DNA of 64,000 nt. It comes from Planctomycetota bacterium. GTDB taxonomy: Bacteria > Planctomycetota > PLA2 > JAEUHO01. A program made the translations under genes and the position numbers. The stretch spans positions 192,001-256,000 of the forward strand of contig JBFWRP010000001.1 in the NCBI GenBank assembly GCA_050248855.1, given 5' to 3'. The notes below the pieces were generated by a model. It was given only the letters and a program-made list of their open reading frames with translations. It searched no databases and was not told the origin of the DNA. Of this stretch, positions 51,074 to 61,118 are shown piece by piece; positions within the stretch are counted from its first letter, which is position 1; each line of letters begins with the position of its first letter.

Positions 51074-54000
51074 CTACTTGGGACGCCGCCAGGCGATCTC
51101 CATCAAGCGGTCCCCCAGCACCTCGCCTTCCTCGGCCGTGTAGGTGGTGTCGTCGAGCAAGCGCCGCCAAGCCGCTTGCACGCCGCCCGCCTCGTGCACC
51201 CAGCGGTCGGCGATGGGATGCAGGCGCGCCTCGAGCTGACGCAGGCGTCGCAGCACGGCCCAGCGCTCGGGCGCCGGCTGCGTGTGGTAGAGGCGGATGC
51301 TTCCGTCACCGCCGGTCGTGGCCAGCACGCGACCGTCCGCGGAGAACACGACCTGGAACACGTAGCCCGAGTGTCCAACGAGCGTGTGCACCAGCTCCTT
51401 GCGCTCGACGTCGTGGATCTTGACGACGTTCTCGACGCCGCCTTCGTAGAGGCGCCCGTCCGGTCCGAAGGCCATGGAATGCACCCAGGGGGCCCCCGGC
51501 GGAATGCGGCCCGCCACGCGACCCGTGGCGTCGTAGAGATCGATGCTGTCTCGCGCAGCACCCGCCACCGCCATCCTGCCGTCGGCGCCCACGGCGAGGG
51601 CCGTCACGCCGCCCAGCTGCTCCCCGACACGTCCGAGCGTTTTGCCCGTGGCCGCATCGAGCACGAGCGCAGCGTCGGCATCGCGGCCTCCCCACAGGAT
51701 CTTCGAGTCACCGATCCAGCGCAGCTCGGCGGGTGCCGACCGCCGTACGTCATCTTGGTGCTCCCAGACGGGGGTCCACGAATCGACGTCCAAGACACCG
51801 GTGGTGTCGGCGCCCGTCACCGTAGCCAAGAACCGGCCGTCGGGTGAGAAGGCCACGCTCTCGTACTGGCCCCCACCCAGCTTGCGGGCGTGCTCCAGGC
51901 GTGCGGTGGGCAGGTGCCAAACTCGAAGCCAGCTGGCGGCGCTCGCGGGCTTGTCGAACGGCTCGTACGGCAGGGCGCCTGCGGTTCGGTGGATGATGGC
52001 CAAGCGACGGGACGCGGCGTCGTACGACACCGCCCGGACGCTCTCCGCGGCGGGGATCGTGGCCACGAGGCGCTGCGTGCGCGTGTCGAGCACACGAACC
52101 GTGCCGTCCCACCCACCGCTGATCACGAGACGCGCATCCGGCGTCAGCGCCAAGCCGTACACGTACGGTCCCTGCCAAGGTCCCGACCCACTCCCATGGG
52201 GCCGGAGGACCGTCACGGGAGCGACGTCGGGCACGAAGAGCGCGGCCTCGGTCGGCGACGCCGCGAGCACGCCGCCCGCCGCCGTGCCGCAGAGGGCCAT
52301 CACGCTGCCGTCGAGGCCTCCGACCGCCTCGAGCTCGCCGGTGTCCACATCCAAGCGCTGGATGCCGCCACGAAGACCACCAAGCAGCAGATGGGCGCCT
52401 TGCGGCGTGAACGCCACTTGCGAGATCGGCCGATGGATGGTCCACGCCGCCTGGGGCTCGACCAGGCCGCGGCCGCGCTCCCACAACCAGATCCCGCCCG
52501 CGCTGTCGGCACTGGCCAAGCGGCGACGTACGGCATCGAGCGCATACGGCCCGTAGTTGCTGTACGCCCGATACCGGGCGATCGTGTGCTCTTCGCCAGC
52601 GACATCGGTCGCCACTTCGCGCATGGTGTACGGCGGGAAGCGACGTTGCAGCAGCACGCCCGGCTCGACCTCGACCCCGACGTGGGGCAGCTCCGTGGGG
52701 GCGGCTCGGCAGACCTCGCCTTCCCACAGGACGACGCCCTCCAGGGGCTGGATGTGCCACGGCACCGGAGCCGCGTCCGACACGGGCAACGCGTCGAGGA
52801 CCTCGAGCGTCTCGCCGGCCGCGACGCGCACGCCGGCCGGCTGCCTCGCCGCGTCCCACGCCACGCGCTCGACGGCCGTCTCGACGCAGGCGCGCATGTG
52901 CTCCCAGGCCCACCCCCGATGCTCGGGGTCCACGGCCGCCAAGTAGGGCCGTGCCTCCCACGGGCGGTCGGCGCGGATCGCCAGCGACGCGGCCGCAAAC
53001 GCACGTTGCGAGTCCGAGAGGCGCGCTGCGGCCGCCTGGCGCGTCGCCCTCTCCCGCTCGCGACGCGCGGTCGCCATCATGGACACCGAGACGGCGAGTG
53101 CCGCGACGAGCGCCAGCAGGGCCACGGACGCAGCCCCGACGAGCACCCTGTTGCGAGCCACGAACTTGCGCAGCTGGTAGAGCCGCGTCGGGGCCCGCGC
53201 CCAGATCGGCTCCTTCGCCAGGTACCTGCCCAAGTCCTCGCGCAGCGCGTCGGCCGATGCGTACCGGCGATCGGGATCGGGCGAGAGGGCCGTCGCCAGG
53301 ATCACATCCATGTCCGAACTGACGCCAGACCCTGCGTCCGCGAGGCGGGGCGGCCGACCAGCTTGCACGGCGCCAAGCAAGCTGGCCGGGGTGGCCTCGT
53401 GCGCGTGAAACGGCCGATGCCCCGCCAAGGCCTCGTAGAGCATGACACCCAGCGCGTAGACGTCGCTACGGGTGTCCACGTCGGCTCGTCCCACGAGCTG
53501 CTCGGGGCTCATGTACGCGAGCGTTCCCACGACACTTCCCGTCGTCGTGTGCTTCGTGCCCTCGAGCGAGCGCGCGACCCCGAAGTCCAGCACCTTGGGC
53601 TGCCCCTCCGGTGTCACGAGGACGTTGCGTGGCTTCAGGTCGCGGTGGATGACGCCGTTGCGGTGTGCGTGGGCGACGGCATCCGCGGCCGCTGCAACCA
53701 AGCGCACGCGAGCATCGGGAGACAGCCGGCGCGACGCCACGTCCAGCGGATCACCCTCCACAAGCTCCATCACCAGGTAGAGGAGGCCCGCGGACTCGCC
53801 CACGGCGTGGATGCGGGCGATGCCCTCATGACGCAGCAGCGCCAGGAGGTCACCCTCGCGGCGGAAGCGCGCGCGCATGTCGGGGCTGCCGATCTCAGGA
53901 CGGAGCACCTTGATCGCGACGCGGCGGCGCGGCTCGTCTTGCTCGGCCTCGAACACCTGGCCCATGCCGCCCGTGCCCAAGGGGCGCAGGATCCGGTACG

Positions 54001-54280
54001 GCCCCAGGCGATCGGGCACCGCCCAGGCCGAAGGCCGCTCCCCCAGCGAGACGTCGACCAGTCGATGGAGTGTGGACGCCTCGTCCCGTGGCGAGACCGG
54101 CTCATCGCTCAGTCGCTCGTGCTCTGCCAACAGGGCCAGCACCTCGGCGCGAAGCTCGGCGTCACCCGGGCATCGCGCCGCCAAGGCCGCTTGGCGCTCC
54201 TCCTGGGGCAAGTGGCGCAGCTTGCCAAAGAGGGCCGTAGCCGAGGCGAAGAGCTCGGCGGGGGTGCGCTCGCTGATCAC
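51074..54280 (-). CDS. Ser/Thr protein kinase with TM segment and WD40 repeats
   Basis: LGTGGMG, VAIK, HRDLKPRN, LDFG and GTLAYMSPEQ; WD40 repeats (GHSGYVFQVVFSADG, SGGWDGTVRV). Confidence 0.95.
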   Translation of the reverse strand: MISERTPAELFASATALFGKLRHLPQEERQAALAARCPGDAELRAEVLALLAEHERLSDEPVSPRDEASTLHRLVDVSLGERPSAWAVPDRLGPYRILRPLGTGGMGQVFEAEQDEPRRRVAIKVLRPEIGSPDMRARFRREGDLLALLRHEGIARIHAVGESAGLLYLVMELVEGDPLDVASRRLSPDARVRLVAAAADAVAHAHRNGVIHRDLKPRNVLVTPEGQPKVLDFGVARSLEGTKHTTTGSVVGTLAYMSPEQLVGRADVDTRSDVYALGVMLYEALAGHRPFHAHEATPASLLGAVQAGRPPRLADAGSGVSSDMDVILATALSPDPDRRYASADALREDLGRYLAKEPIWARAPTRLYQLRKFVARNRVLVGAASVALLALVAALAVSVSMMATARRERERATRQAAAARLSDSQRAFAAASLAIRADRPWEARPYLAAVDPEHRGWAWEHMRACVETAVERVAWDAARQPAGVRVAAGETLEVLDALPVSDAAPVPWHIQPLEGVVLWEGEVCRAAPTELPHVGVEVEPGVLLQRRFPPYTMREVATDVAGEEHTIARYRAYSNYGPYALDAVRRRLASADSAGGIWLWERGRGLVEPQAAWTIHRPISQVAFTPQGAHLLLGGLRGGIQRLDVDTGELEAVGGLDGSVMALCGTAAGGVLAASPTEAALFVPDVAPVTVLRPHGSGSGPWQGPYVYGLALTPDARLVISGGWDGTVRVLDTRTQRLVATIPAAESVRAVSYDAASRRLAIIHRTAGALPYEPFDKPASAASWLRVWHLPTARLEHARKLGGGQYESVAFSPDGRFLATVTGADTTGVLDVDSWTPVWEHQDDVRRSAPAELRWIGDSKILWGGRDADAALVLDAATGKTLGRVGEQLGGVTALAVGADGRMAVAGAARDSIDLYDATGRVAGRIPPGAPWVHSMAFGPDGRLYEGGVENVVKIHDVERKELVHTLVGHSGYVFQVVFSADGRVLATTGGDGSIRLYHTQPAPERWAVLRRLRQLEARLHPIADRWVHEAGGVQAAWRRLLDDTTYTAEEGEVLGDRLMEIAWRRPK

Positions 54281-54334
54281 GGGCCCCCCGCTTGGCCACG
54301 GCTCTCGAGGTCGACCGCGACCTCGTGTTCCATC

Positions 54335-56509
54335 CTACGTGCCGCCCGATGCGCCGTCCCCGCCCGTTCCGCCATCGACGACGCGGATGACGAGCTCGAC
54401 GGCGTTGCCATGGACATCGGTCCCCACGCCGCGACGGCGCGCGCGGATCCGGTAGATGCCCGTCTCCTCCGCGAAGAAGTCCAGCTTCTGGACCGCGTCC
54501 TTGGCCGTGCCGACGATCTCGAACACGCCGTCGCCATCGAGATCCCACTCGACCTCGGGGACTGCCAGACGAGCCTCGATCTCCTCGGCGGAGAGGCCGG
54601 TCAGTCCGCCCAGGATCGCCATGCCTGTGTCGACGGGCAGCGAGTCCAAGGTCTCCTGGAAGGTCCGGAACGTCGCCGAGTTGGCCTGGTCGTTGGCCTC
54701 GAAGAAGCCGTAGTTCGAGCGGAGCGAGAACCCCCCGTCGGCATCGGGAGCCACGACGAACAGGGAGTCCTCCAAGTTGTTGTCGTTGTAGAGAACGAAG
54801 TACGTGGTGGGGTCCACGCAGAGGCGATGGCTGCTGGCCTTGTCCTCGAAGCCGTTGTTGATGCCGGCCCCGTCCAGGCGCGAGAACTGCGTCTCGTAGT
54901 CGTCCAGCAAGAGGTCGGAGGCGTCGATGACCTGGCAGATCTTGTTGTACGCGTTGCCGTTGGAGTTGTAGCTCACGTCCTCGTAAAGGTCGGCCCAGGA
55001 GCCGAGGATCCACGGCTCGGCGCGCAGCTCGCGCACGAGGCGCTCGCCAACCTGGAGCGTCACCATGGGACCAAAGGGCTCCGGCATCCACCGCGGGCCT
55101 ACGTGCGGCTCGCTCCACGTCATGTCCCGGTGCCGGAACTCGGACATGCGCAGGAGGTCGATGTTCTCGTCGGTCTCGTTGTGCGCAATGGCGTAGAGGA
55201 GCAGCTCCCCCGTCGGCGAGACGTAGGCCCCCACGCCCGCGTTCCCGTTCCCGAAGACGGCCCGGTCACCGACCTCACCGCCGAGAACGAGGATGCCTTC
55301 ATCGTGCGGCATCATGTTGAACGCCTTGCGGCCTGCGAACTCGAACCGGATGTCGCCGATCGTCCGCACGCCGTCATTCGGCAAGCCCTTCACCTCGAAG
55401 AGGCTAACCACGTCGAGGCCGACGAGGACCGGCGAGAAGTTGTTCGTGTTGAGGGCGGCGATCATGTAGATGCGCCCGTCGGTTTGCTGGACCAGGTGCA
55501 TCGTCTGGAACGTCGAGATGAGGGTGTTGTCGCTCGAGTTCGTGGCATACGGCCAGGGGCCAACGAAAGGGTCCACGGTGAAGGGGTTGATCGAGAGGTT
55601 CGTGAAGTCGAACGCGGGCTGGTCGGGGATCTCCCACAGGTCGTACAGATGGAACTCGAAGAGCGGGTCCTGGGTGCCGTCGGGCAGGAAGAAGCTGGTG
55701 CGGTTCGAGATGTAGCACGCGACTTGGTAGTCACCGGCCCAGGTGACGAGCAACGCGAAGCGGCCGTCGGGCTCGGGCAGCTTGATGATGCCGACGACGC
55801 CCGCTTCGGCGCGGGGCTTGTAGCCGAGGCCCGTGTCGATGTCCATGACGAGCGAGTAGTCCATGCGGACCGGATTCAAGCGGTCCGTGCAGTCGTAGAA
55901 CCAGATCTCGCAGTCCTTGTCCTCGATGTCCTCGCCGTTCGCATCGATCGGCTGCTCCATCGGCACCACCAGGATGTCGCCGATCATCTGCAAGCCGCCC
56001 GGGTGCTTCCAGTCGTCGAACTCGATCCTGTGGACAACCCGATCCGTGGTCGGCGGCTCGGTGTCGGCGGTCTCCACGCCGCGCTGGAGCAAGTTGGAGC
56101 GCATGCGCTCGCCGCAAGGCGCGCTGGCCTCGGCGATCGAGCTCCGAGAGCGCAGCTGGATGACGCCGAGGAAGGCCTCCTCGTTGTTGTCCGGGTGCCC
56201 GGACTTCGTCACGTAGAGGACGTCGTTGGGCCCGCCCGGCGTGTAGTTCGCCCGTACGATGCCCTGGTAGTGCTTCACGCCGCTGCCCGTGATGGACTGG
56301 CCGCTCTGCGGGTGGGCCGCCAGCCACTCCCCCTGGTGGCGCAGGTTGAACAGCTGCGACGGGACGTCGGCCACGACGAGGTTGGCCTCCTGGGGGAGCA
56401 CGATCGGATCCGAGGCCGGGCTGCTGCCCCCTCCGGCGCCGCAGGCGCTCAGCAGACAGGCGGCCAAGGCGGATCCGCCGGCAACGAGCAAGAGGGAGCT
56501 GGGACGCAC
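54335..56509 (-). CDS. Acidic lipoprotein with beta/gamma-crystallin-like motifs and C-terminal PKD-like segment
   Basis: LLSAC lipobox; LYEDVSY..GFEDKASS and LYNDNNL..ANDQANS; EWDLDGDGVFE; AAGGAG RBS before GTG at 56509. Confidence 0.7.
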   Translation of the reverse strand: MRPSSLLLVAGGSALAACLLSACGAGGGSSPASDPIVLPQEANLVVADVPSQLFNLRHQGEWLAAHPQSGQSITGSGVKHYQGIVRANYTPGGPNDVLYVTKSGHPDNNEEAFLGVIQLRSRSSIAEASAPCGERMRSNLLQRGVETADTEPPTTDRVVHRIEFDDWKHPGGLQMIGDILVVPMEQPIDANGEDIEDKDCEIWFYDCTDRLNPVRMDYSLVMDIDTGLGYKPRAEAGVVGIIKLPEPDGRFALLVTWAGDYQVACYISNRTSFFLPDGTQDPLFEFHLYDLWEIPDQPAFDFTNLSINPFTVDPFVGPWPYATNSSDNTLISTFQTMHLVQQTDGRIYMIAALNTNNFSPVLVGLDVVSLFEVKGLPNDGVRTIGDIRFEFAGRKAFNMMPHDEGILVLGGEVGDRAVFGNGNAGVGAYVSPTGELLLYAIAHNETDENIDLLRMSEFRHRDMTWSEPHVGPRWMPEPFGPMVTLQVGERLVRELRAEPWILGSWADLYEDVSYNSNGNAYNKICQVIDASDLLLDDYETQFSRLDGAGINNGFEDKASSHRLCVDPTTYFVLYNDNNLEDSLFVVAPDADGGFSLRSNYGFFEANDQANSATFRTFQETLDSLPVDTGMAILGGLTGLSAEEIEARLAVPEVEWDLDGDGVFEIVGTAKDAVQKLDFFAEETGIYRIRARRRGVGTDVHGNAVELVIRVVDGGTGGDGASGGT

Positions 56510-56605
56510 GGGACTCTCCTTCCAGCGCCTCGGGGGAGGCGTCACGAAGGAGTGGGCAAGGCGCGCGCGCCCCCCCCGGAGAATTCTGCCGATCGAGCGG
56601 TGCCC

Positions 56606-57148
56606 CTAGCGAAGGCGCCGGCCCAGCCAGGCGCGGGCGGCGTACCAGTCGTCCTCGACGGTGGTCAGCCCCAGCGCCAGGGCCTCGGCGATCTCGGGGT
56701 TGGTCATGCCCGCGAAGAAGCGCATCTCCACGATCTGGGCCTTGCGGGCGTCAAGGCTGGCCAGCTCGTCCAGGGCCTCGTCCAGATCCAGGAGATCGGG
56801 ATCCAGCCCACCGAGGGCCAGCCGCGCCTCCTCCAGCGGGAGGCGCGCGAGGCCCCCACCTCGCTTGGCGGCGTTCCGCCCCCTCGCGTGGTGGATCAGG
56901 ATCTGGCGAATCGAGCGCGCGGCCACACCCAGGAACTGCGCGCGGCTCGTCCAGCCTTCCGGCCGCTCCGCCGACAGGCGCAGGTACGCCTCGTTGGCCA
57001 AGGCCGTGGGTTGCAGCGTGTGCTCGACGCGCTCGCGGCGCATGTGGGCCTGGGCCAGACGGCGCAGCTCCTCGTAGACGAGCGGCACGAGCTCGTCGAT
57101 GTGCCCAGCGTGGCCATGCTCTTCGGGACGGGGGGTCTCGCTGGCCAC
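56606..57148 (-). CDS. ECF sigma factor (TIGR02999-like, kinase-associated type)
   Basis: LVPLVYEELRRLA, HTLQPTALANEAYLRL, AAKRGG, VEMRFFAG and DW..ARAWL. Confidence 0.93.
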   Translation of the reverse strand: MASETPRPEEHGHAGHIDELVPLVYEELRRLAQAHMRRERVEHTLQPTALANEAYLRLSAERPEGWTSRAQFLGVAARSIRQILIHHARGRNAAKRGGGLARLPLEEARLALGGLDPDLLDLDEALDELASLDARKAQIVEMRFFAGMTNPEIAEALALGLTTVEDDWYAARAWLGRRLR

Positions 57149-57159
57149 GGACCGTGATG

Positions 57160-57543
57160 CTACGTCCGGCCCTCCGCCCCGCGAGCGCGCAACGCACGCA
57201 TCGACCGCACACACCGAGCGAGACGCCGCTCGGCCGACTTGAGGCCCCACAGCTCGAACAGTCGGACGGGCCAGTGCAGAGGGACGATCGCGCTGATCAG
57301 CGAGTGCCAGCCGAGCTCCTGCCGCGCAGCTGCCACTTCGTCCTTGGTGCTCCGCAGCCGCGGCAGGAGGCGCCGCAGGCCCTCGCGCGTCGCCTCGGCC
57401 CCCAAGCGCGCGGCGTCCCGACGCAATCGAGCCAAGGTGGCTTCGAGACCCGCGACGTGGGCCCGCGCGCATTCGAGGCGCGACTCGTACGGAAAGGTCC
57501 GGCGCGCGGCGTCCGTCTCGCGATGCTCGCGACGGACGCTCAC
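57160..57543 (-). CDS. Hypothetical short coiled-coil protein
   Basis: Fills the gap between the VOC gene (GTGA overlap) and the sigma gene; no recognisable motif. Confidence 0.4.
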   Translation of the reverse strand: MSVRREHRETDAARRTFPYESRLECARAHVAGLEATLARLRRDAARLGAEATREGLRRLLPRLRSTKDEVAAARQELGWHSLISAIVPLHWPVRLFELWGLKSAERRLARCVRSMRALRARGAEGRT

Positions 57544-57968
57544 GCCGGGCTCGCCCCGTCGGAGGGGGCCTCGATGGGACAGTAGAGGTCCCAGCGCACG
57601 CCAAGAGGATCGTCCAGACATGCGTAGCGCATGTTCTCGTACATCCACGTGTCCTGCGGCTGCATGACGGTCTTGGCGCCGTGCTCCACGAACGTGGCGT
57701 GCAGCGCATCCACGTCCGCCGGCGTGGCCAGGCGCAGGGCGATCTCCGCGTTGGCCGGGTTTTCACCCGGGTGCGGCGCCATCTTGGGATCGAACAGCGT
57801 GAGCCACGTATCGCCCAGCTTGAGGCCATGGAAGCCGGCTTCGTGGTACGCGCACGGCCCGAACACGGCCTCGTACAGCGCGACGGCCGCATCAACGTCC
57901 TTGAAGTAGAAGCTGGGATAGGCCACGCCCCGAACCGCCGGGTGGGCCGAGGGTGCGTCGTCGCCCAT
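57540..57968 (-). CDS. VOC / glyoxalase family protein
   Basis: DVDAAVALYEAVFG, DVDALH..GAK..PQDTW..R..DPLGVRW; AAGGAGG RBS. Confidence 0.85.
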   Translation of the reverse strand: MGDDAPSAHPAVRGVAYPSFYFKDVDAAVALYEAVFGPCAYHEAGFHGLKLGDTWLTLFDPKMAPHPGENPANAEIALRLATPADVDALHATFVEHGAKTVMQPQDTWMYENMRYACLDDPLGVRWDLYCPIEAPSDGASPA

Positions 57969-58068
57969 GTTCCAAGCCTCCTTGCGGCCTGCGATGCCGC
58001 TCGTCGCGGACCAGCGTACCCGCGCAGGATGCGCCTCGCGGTGGGCCTCCCGGCACGGGTGGCGGTTG

Positions 58069-58452
58069 TCAGACCGTGGCCAGCCCGGCGACGGCCCCGA
58101 AGTGGGCGTCGCGTGTGTAGAGCGGCAGGTCGTGCTGCATGGCGAGCGCCGCGATCCACAGGTCGCCCGTGGGGATGGGCCTGCCCGACGCTCGTAGCTG
58201 CGCGAAGACGCGGGCGTAGAAGTGGGCCGTCGCCTCGTCGGCCCATAGCACCCGCACGCGCTCGTGGCCCAGGAAGCGGACGAGCGTCCGCTCGTTGGCG
58301 CGTGACTCCCGCGCGCGCGCAAAGCCTGCACGCAGCTCGCCCAGGACGACGAACGGTACCGCAATCGTGTGGGCCAAGCGGAATCGCGTGGCCACGTCCA
58401 CGTCGCCTCGCATGAAGTCCACGTACCGATTCGTGTCGAGGGCGAAGTTCAC
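58069..58452 (-). CDS. vapC: PIN-domain toxin, VapC family
   Basis: ALDTN, VLGELRAGF, GRPIPTGDLWIAA and TRDAHF. Confidence 0.92.
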   Translation of the reverse strand: MNFALDTNRYVDFMRGDVDVATRFRLAHTIAVPFVVLGELRAGFARARESRANERTLVRFLGHERVRVLWADEATAHFYARVFAQLRASGRPIPTGDLWIAALAMQHDLPLYTRDAHFGAVAGLATV

Positions 58453-58454
58453 GA

Positions 58455-58718
58455 CTACGCCCAGAGCGACGGATCGCCTCGGCCCTGCTCCTCCAGAGCG
58501 GCATCGAGCTCGGGATCCTCGACCCACGTGCCGAGGAACACATCCAGATCGGTGTGCACGACGGCCCCGGCCTCCTCCCCCACGCTCCGCCGAAGGGCCT
58601 CGACCGCCACGTCGTTGAGGCTCCTCCCCTCGCGGCGGGCGCGAGCGCGAAGGGCCCTGTCGACGGACGGCGGCACACCACGGATCGTGTACTGGAGGCG
58701 GGCAGCTCGCTTGGGCAT
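58455..58718 (-). CDS. Ribbon-helix-helix antitoxin (VapB/FitA-like)
   Basis: QYTIRGVP..VDRALRARARREGRSLN..DLD.FLGTW; 2 nt upstream of vapC. Confidence 0.85.
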   Translation of the reverse strand: MPKRAARLQYTIRGVPPSVDRALRARARREGRSLNDVAVEALRRSVGEEAGAVVHTDLDVFLGTWVEDPELDAALEEQGRGDPSLWA

Positions 58719-58748
58719 GCCTACACGTCTAGCATTCAATGTAGGCAT
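58717..58748. promoter_or_regulatory. Candidate TA operator (9-bp inverted repeat)
   Basis: ATGCCTACA-N14-TGTAGGCAT overlapping the antitoxin start codon. Confidence 0.65.
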
Positions 58749-58926
58749 CGAACGAATCCAACGTCGTAGACCCTGGCAGGTACGACTTGGCCCTCGCAGC
58801 CGTGGCACGGCCGGTCACGGCGGAGCCCGGGAGCTCGACCGCAGCCCTGGGTCCTGCGTGGGGTCTCGCCCTCGGCACGGGGCGGGCGCAAGGAGGCCAC
58901 GGGTGCGGAGCGGAACCGGGAAACGG

Positions 58927-61005
58927 CTACTGCCGCGCTACGTCCTGATGCACCTCGGAGACCCGGTCGCCGACCTCGATCGGCACCGAGGCCAGGGCTG
59001 GCCCGGCCTTGCCGTCGGTGAACGCGGCGGAGAGCGTGTAGCGCCCCGGCGGGATGCCGTAGAGGACGAAGCTGCCGTCGTCGGCCCAGGGCACGGTGCG
59101 GGCGGGATGGAGGGGACTCCCGGGCGGGGTCGGCGCCTCGCCATCGCGGATGGGATGCAGCCACACGTTGCCGTGGCGACCCTTGGCCACGTCCGCCGGC
59201 ACGCGTCCTCGCACACGTGCTCCCGCGAGCACGAAGTCCGTCTCCACGCGCGGCGCGGTCGCGGTGAACAGCGCGTCGGGGCGCGAGGCGTCCAGCGCCG
59301 AGCCGTTGGGCGGCCAGACGTGGACGCGGTACACGTCCTCGGGGACCTCCTGGTCGAAGCGCCCCTCGGCGTCGTACGGCATGATCAAAAAGCCCTCGCG
59401 GTCGGTGCGCGCGAGGATCACGCGTCCCCGGGCGCGCACGGCTTCGCCATCGGGGCACACGACGCGGCCCACGACGCGCGCCAAGCCGCGACCGGATCCG
59501 TGGTTGACGATCGTCCACCCCTCGTCAGCCACTTGGATGTGCCGATGGAAGGTCGTGGCGGGATCATCGAGATCGGCAGCCAGGGCGAAGCTGACCCATG
59601 TGAGACCCGGATGCAGCCGACCGATGGTGTAGCGGCCGTCCGCTCCCGTGGTCGTCTGCGCGATGAGATCGGTCAGCTGCGAGCTCGCACGCACGACCGC
59701 TCCCGCCACGGGCATGCCGTCGGCGCCCCACACGGTTCCGCTGATGCCGACCTCCCCCAGCTTGACGCTGACCTCGGGACGCTCCGCGCCTCCCGTGGTC
59801 TGCGCCACGTAGAAGATGCGGGACACGCCATCCCCCAGGTCCACGCCGACGTACCACGTACCCTGCTCGACGCTCTCGAAGCGGAAGCGGCCATCGCGAC
59901 CTATGGGCATGCTCGTCTGCGCGTCCTTGCCCACGGGGATCTGACCCGCGGTGGTGAACTGCCCGCCTTGCCAGAGCAGTCCCGTGCCCGTCAGGGGTTG
60001 GCCGTCGGCGTCGAGGATCATCCCCGTCACGACGTCGGGCGGCGACGTCGGACCGGTCGCCCCGGGTCCGTTCGCGGCCGGGTCACCGACGGCGGCGCCG
60101 GCACCTGTCGACGTGACGGCCCCCGACTCGGCTCCGTTCCCTTCGTCCGCGTCGCCCGGCGCGTGTGCGTTGGCAGCACCTGCGTTGGCCGGCGTGCCGT
60201 GGAGCGTCGGCCCCGTCGAAGGGAGCCCCTCCTCCTCGATGTCCGTCACGAGCCGGGACGGATCGTCATCCCGTTCCCGGTCGACGAGCAGCAGGCCCCC
60301 GGCGGCCGCGAGCAAGACCACGACGAGCACGAGGCCCAGCTTCTTCGTTCCTGCCATGCTCAATGCTCCCCACGTCGGGCGCGCGACGCTCGCGGCTCGT
60401 GTCGACGCCCGGCTCGCCGGCAGCAGGGCCAGCACGCCCGGTGCAACGCCGCCGGAGCGTCGCGGATCGGCACCCAGGTCCTTGCGCAGCTTGCCGAGCC
60501 CAAGCCGCAAGCGGCTCTTCACCGTGTCCAGCGGGACCTGGGTGCGGCTGGCGATCTGGCCGAGCGACAAGTCGGCTTGGTAGCGCAGCACGATCGCCGT
60601 CCGCTGCGGCTCCGGAAGTCGGCCGAGTGCGGCGGCAAGACGCCGCTGGATCTCGGCACGCTCGACTTGGTCCGCGACGGCCGGAACGCGCTCCGGGCGA
60701 GCCGCGGCCTCTTCACGACGGCGTCGGCGCGTACCTGAGCGGTGCTGCTTCCACGCACAGGTTCGTGCGACGCGCGCCAACCAGCCCTTCGCGCTGTCGA
60801 TGACCGCGGGGGCCTGCCCGACGGCAAGAAGCCACGTCTCTTGCGCGACGTCCTCCGCCCCCGCGGGGTCGCGGACGAGCGCAGAGGCGAGTCGACGCAC
60901 GAACGGCTCGTGCTCCAGCAGTCGATCCAGCGAGTGCGTCGATGCGGGCAGGGGCAGACCTCCTCTTCCCAGGATCCCAAGCTTGGCGATCCGGGTCACT
61001 CCCAA
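58927..61005 (-). CDS. ECF sigma factor fused to a TM helix and extracytoplasmic carboxypeptidase-regulatory-like domains
   Basis: AEDVAQETW, GWLARVAR and LPEPQR..TVKSRLRLGL; TM KKLGLVLVVVLLAAAGG; GMILDADGQPL and GTVWGADGMPVAGAVV. Start uncertain (TTG at 61005 or CTG at 60951). Confidence 0.85.
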   Translation of the reverse strand: MGVTRIAKLGILGRGGLPLPASTHSLDRLLEHEPFVRRLASALVRDPAGAEDVAQETWLLAVGQAPAVIDSAKGWLARVARTCAWKQHRSGTRRRRREEAAARPERVPAVADQVERAEIQRRLAAALGRLPEPQRTAIVLRYQADLSLGQIASRTQVPLDTVKSRLRLGLGKLRKDLGADPRRSGGVAPGVLALLPASRASTRAASVARPTWGALSMAGTKKLGLVLVVVLLAAAGGLLLVDRERDDDPSRLVTDIEEEGLPSTGPTLHGTPANAGAANAHAPGDADEGNGAESGAVTSTGAGAAVGDPAANGPGATGPTSPPDVVTGMILDADGQPLTGTGLLWQGGQFTTAGQIPVGKDAQTSMPIGRDGRFRFESVEQGTWYVGVDLGDGVSRIFYVAQTTGGAERPEVSVKLGEVGISGTVWGADGMPVAGAVVRASSQLTDLIAQTTTGADGRYTIGRLHPGLTWVSFALAADLDDPATTFHRHIQVADEGWTIVNHGSGRGLARVVGRVVCPDGEAVRARGRVILARTDREGFLIMPYDAEGRFDQEVPEDVYRVHVWPPNGSALDASRPDALFTATAPRVETDFVLAGARVRGRVPADVAKGRHGNVWLHPIRDGEAPTPPGSPLHPARTVPWADDGSFVLYGIPPGRYTLSAAFTDGKAGPALASVPIEVGDRVSEVHQDVARQ

Positions 61006-61118
61006 CGCCCGAGGGCGCCGCGAGGCCGTGGGCCCGGTGCCCGGGCTCCATGCGTTGCGTCCGCTGGATGGCGCGTGGCCGGAGGCCTAGAATCGCTGTT
61101 GGACGGTCGGGAGCACCC

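Noticed and set aside
51890..57157. 1755-aa plus-strand ORF and many other long overlapping ORFs (for example 19592-22783, 31945-34851, 6937-9408)
   Set aside because: Antisense or off-frame shadows of motif-bearing genes, expected in high-GC DNA; no recognisable domains.
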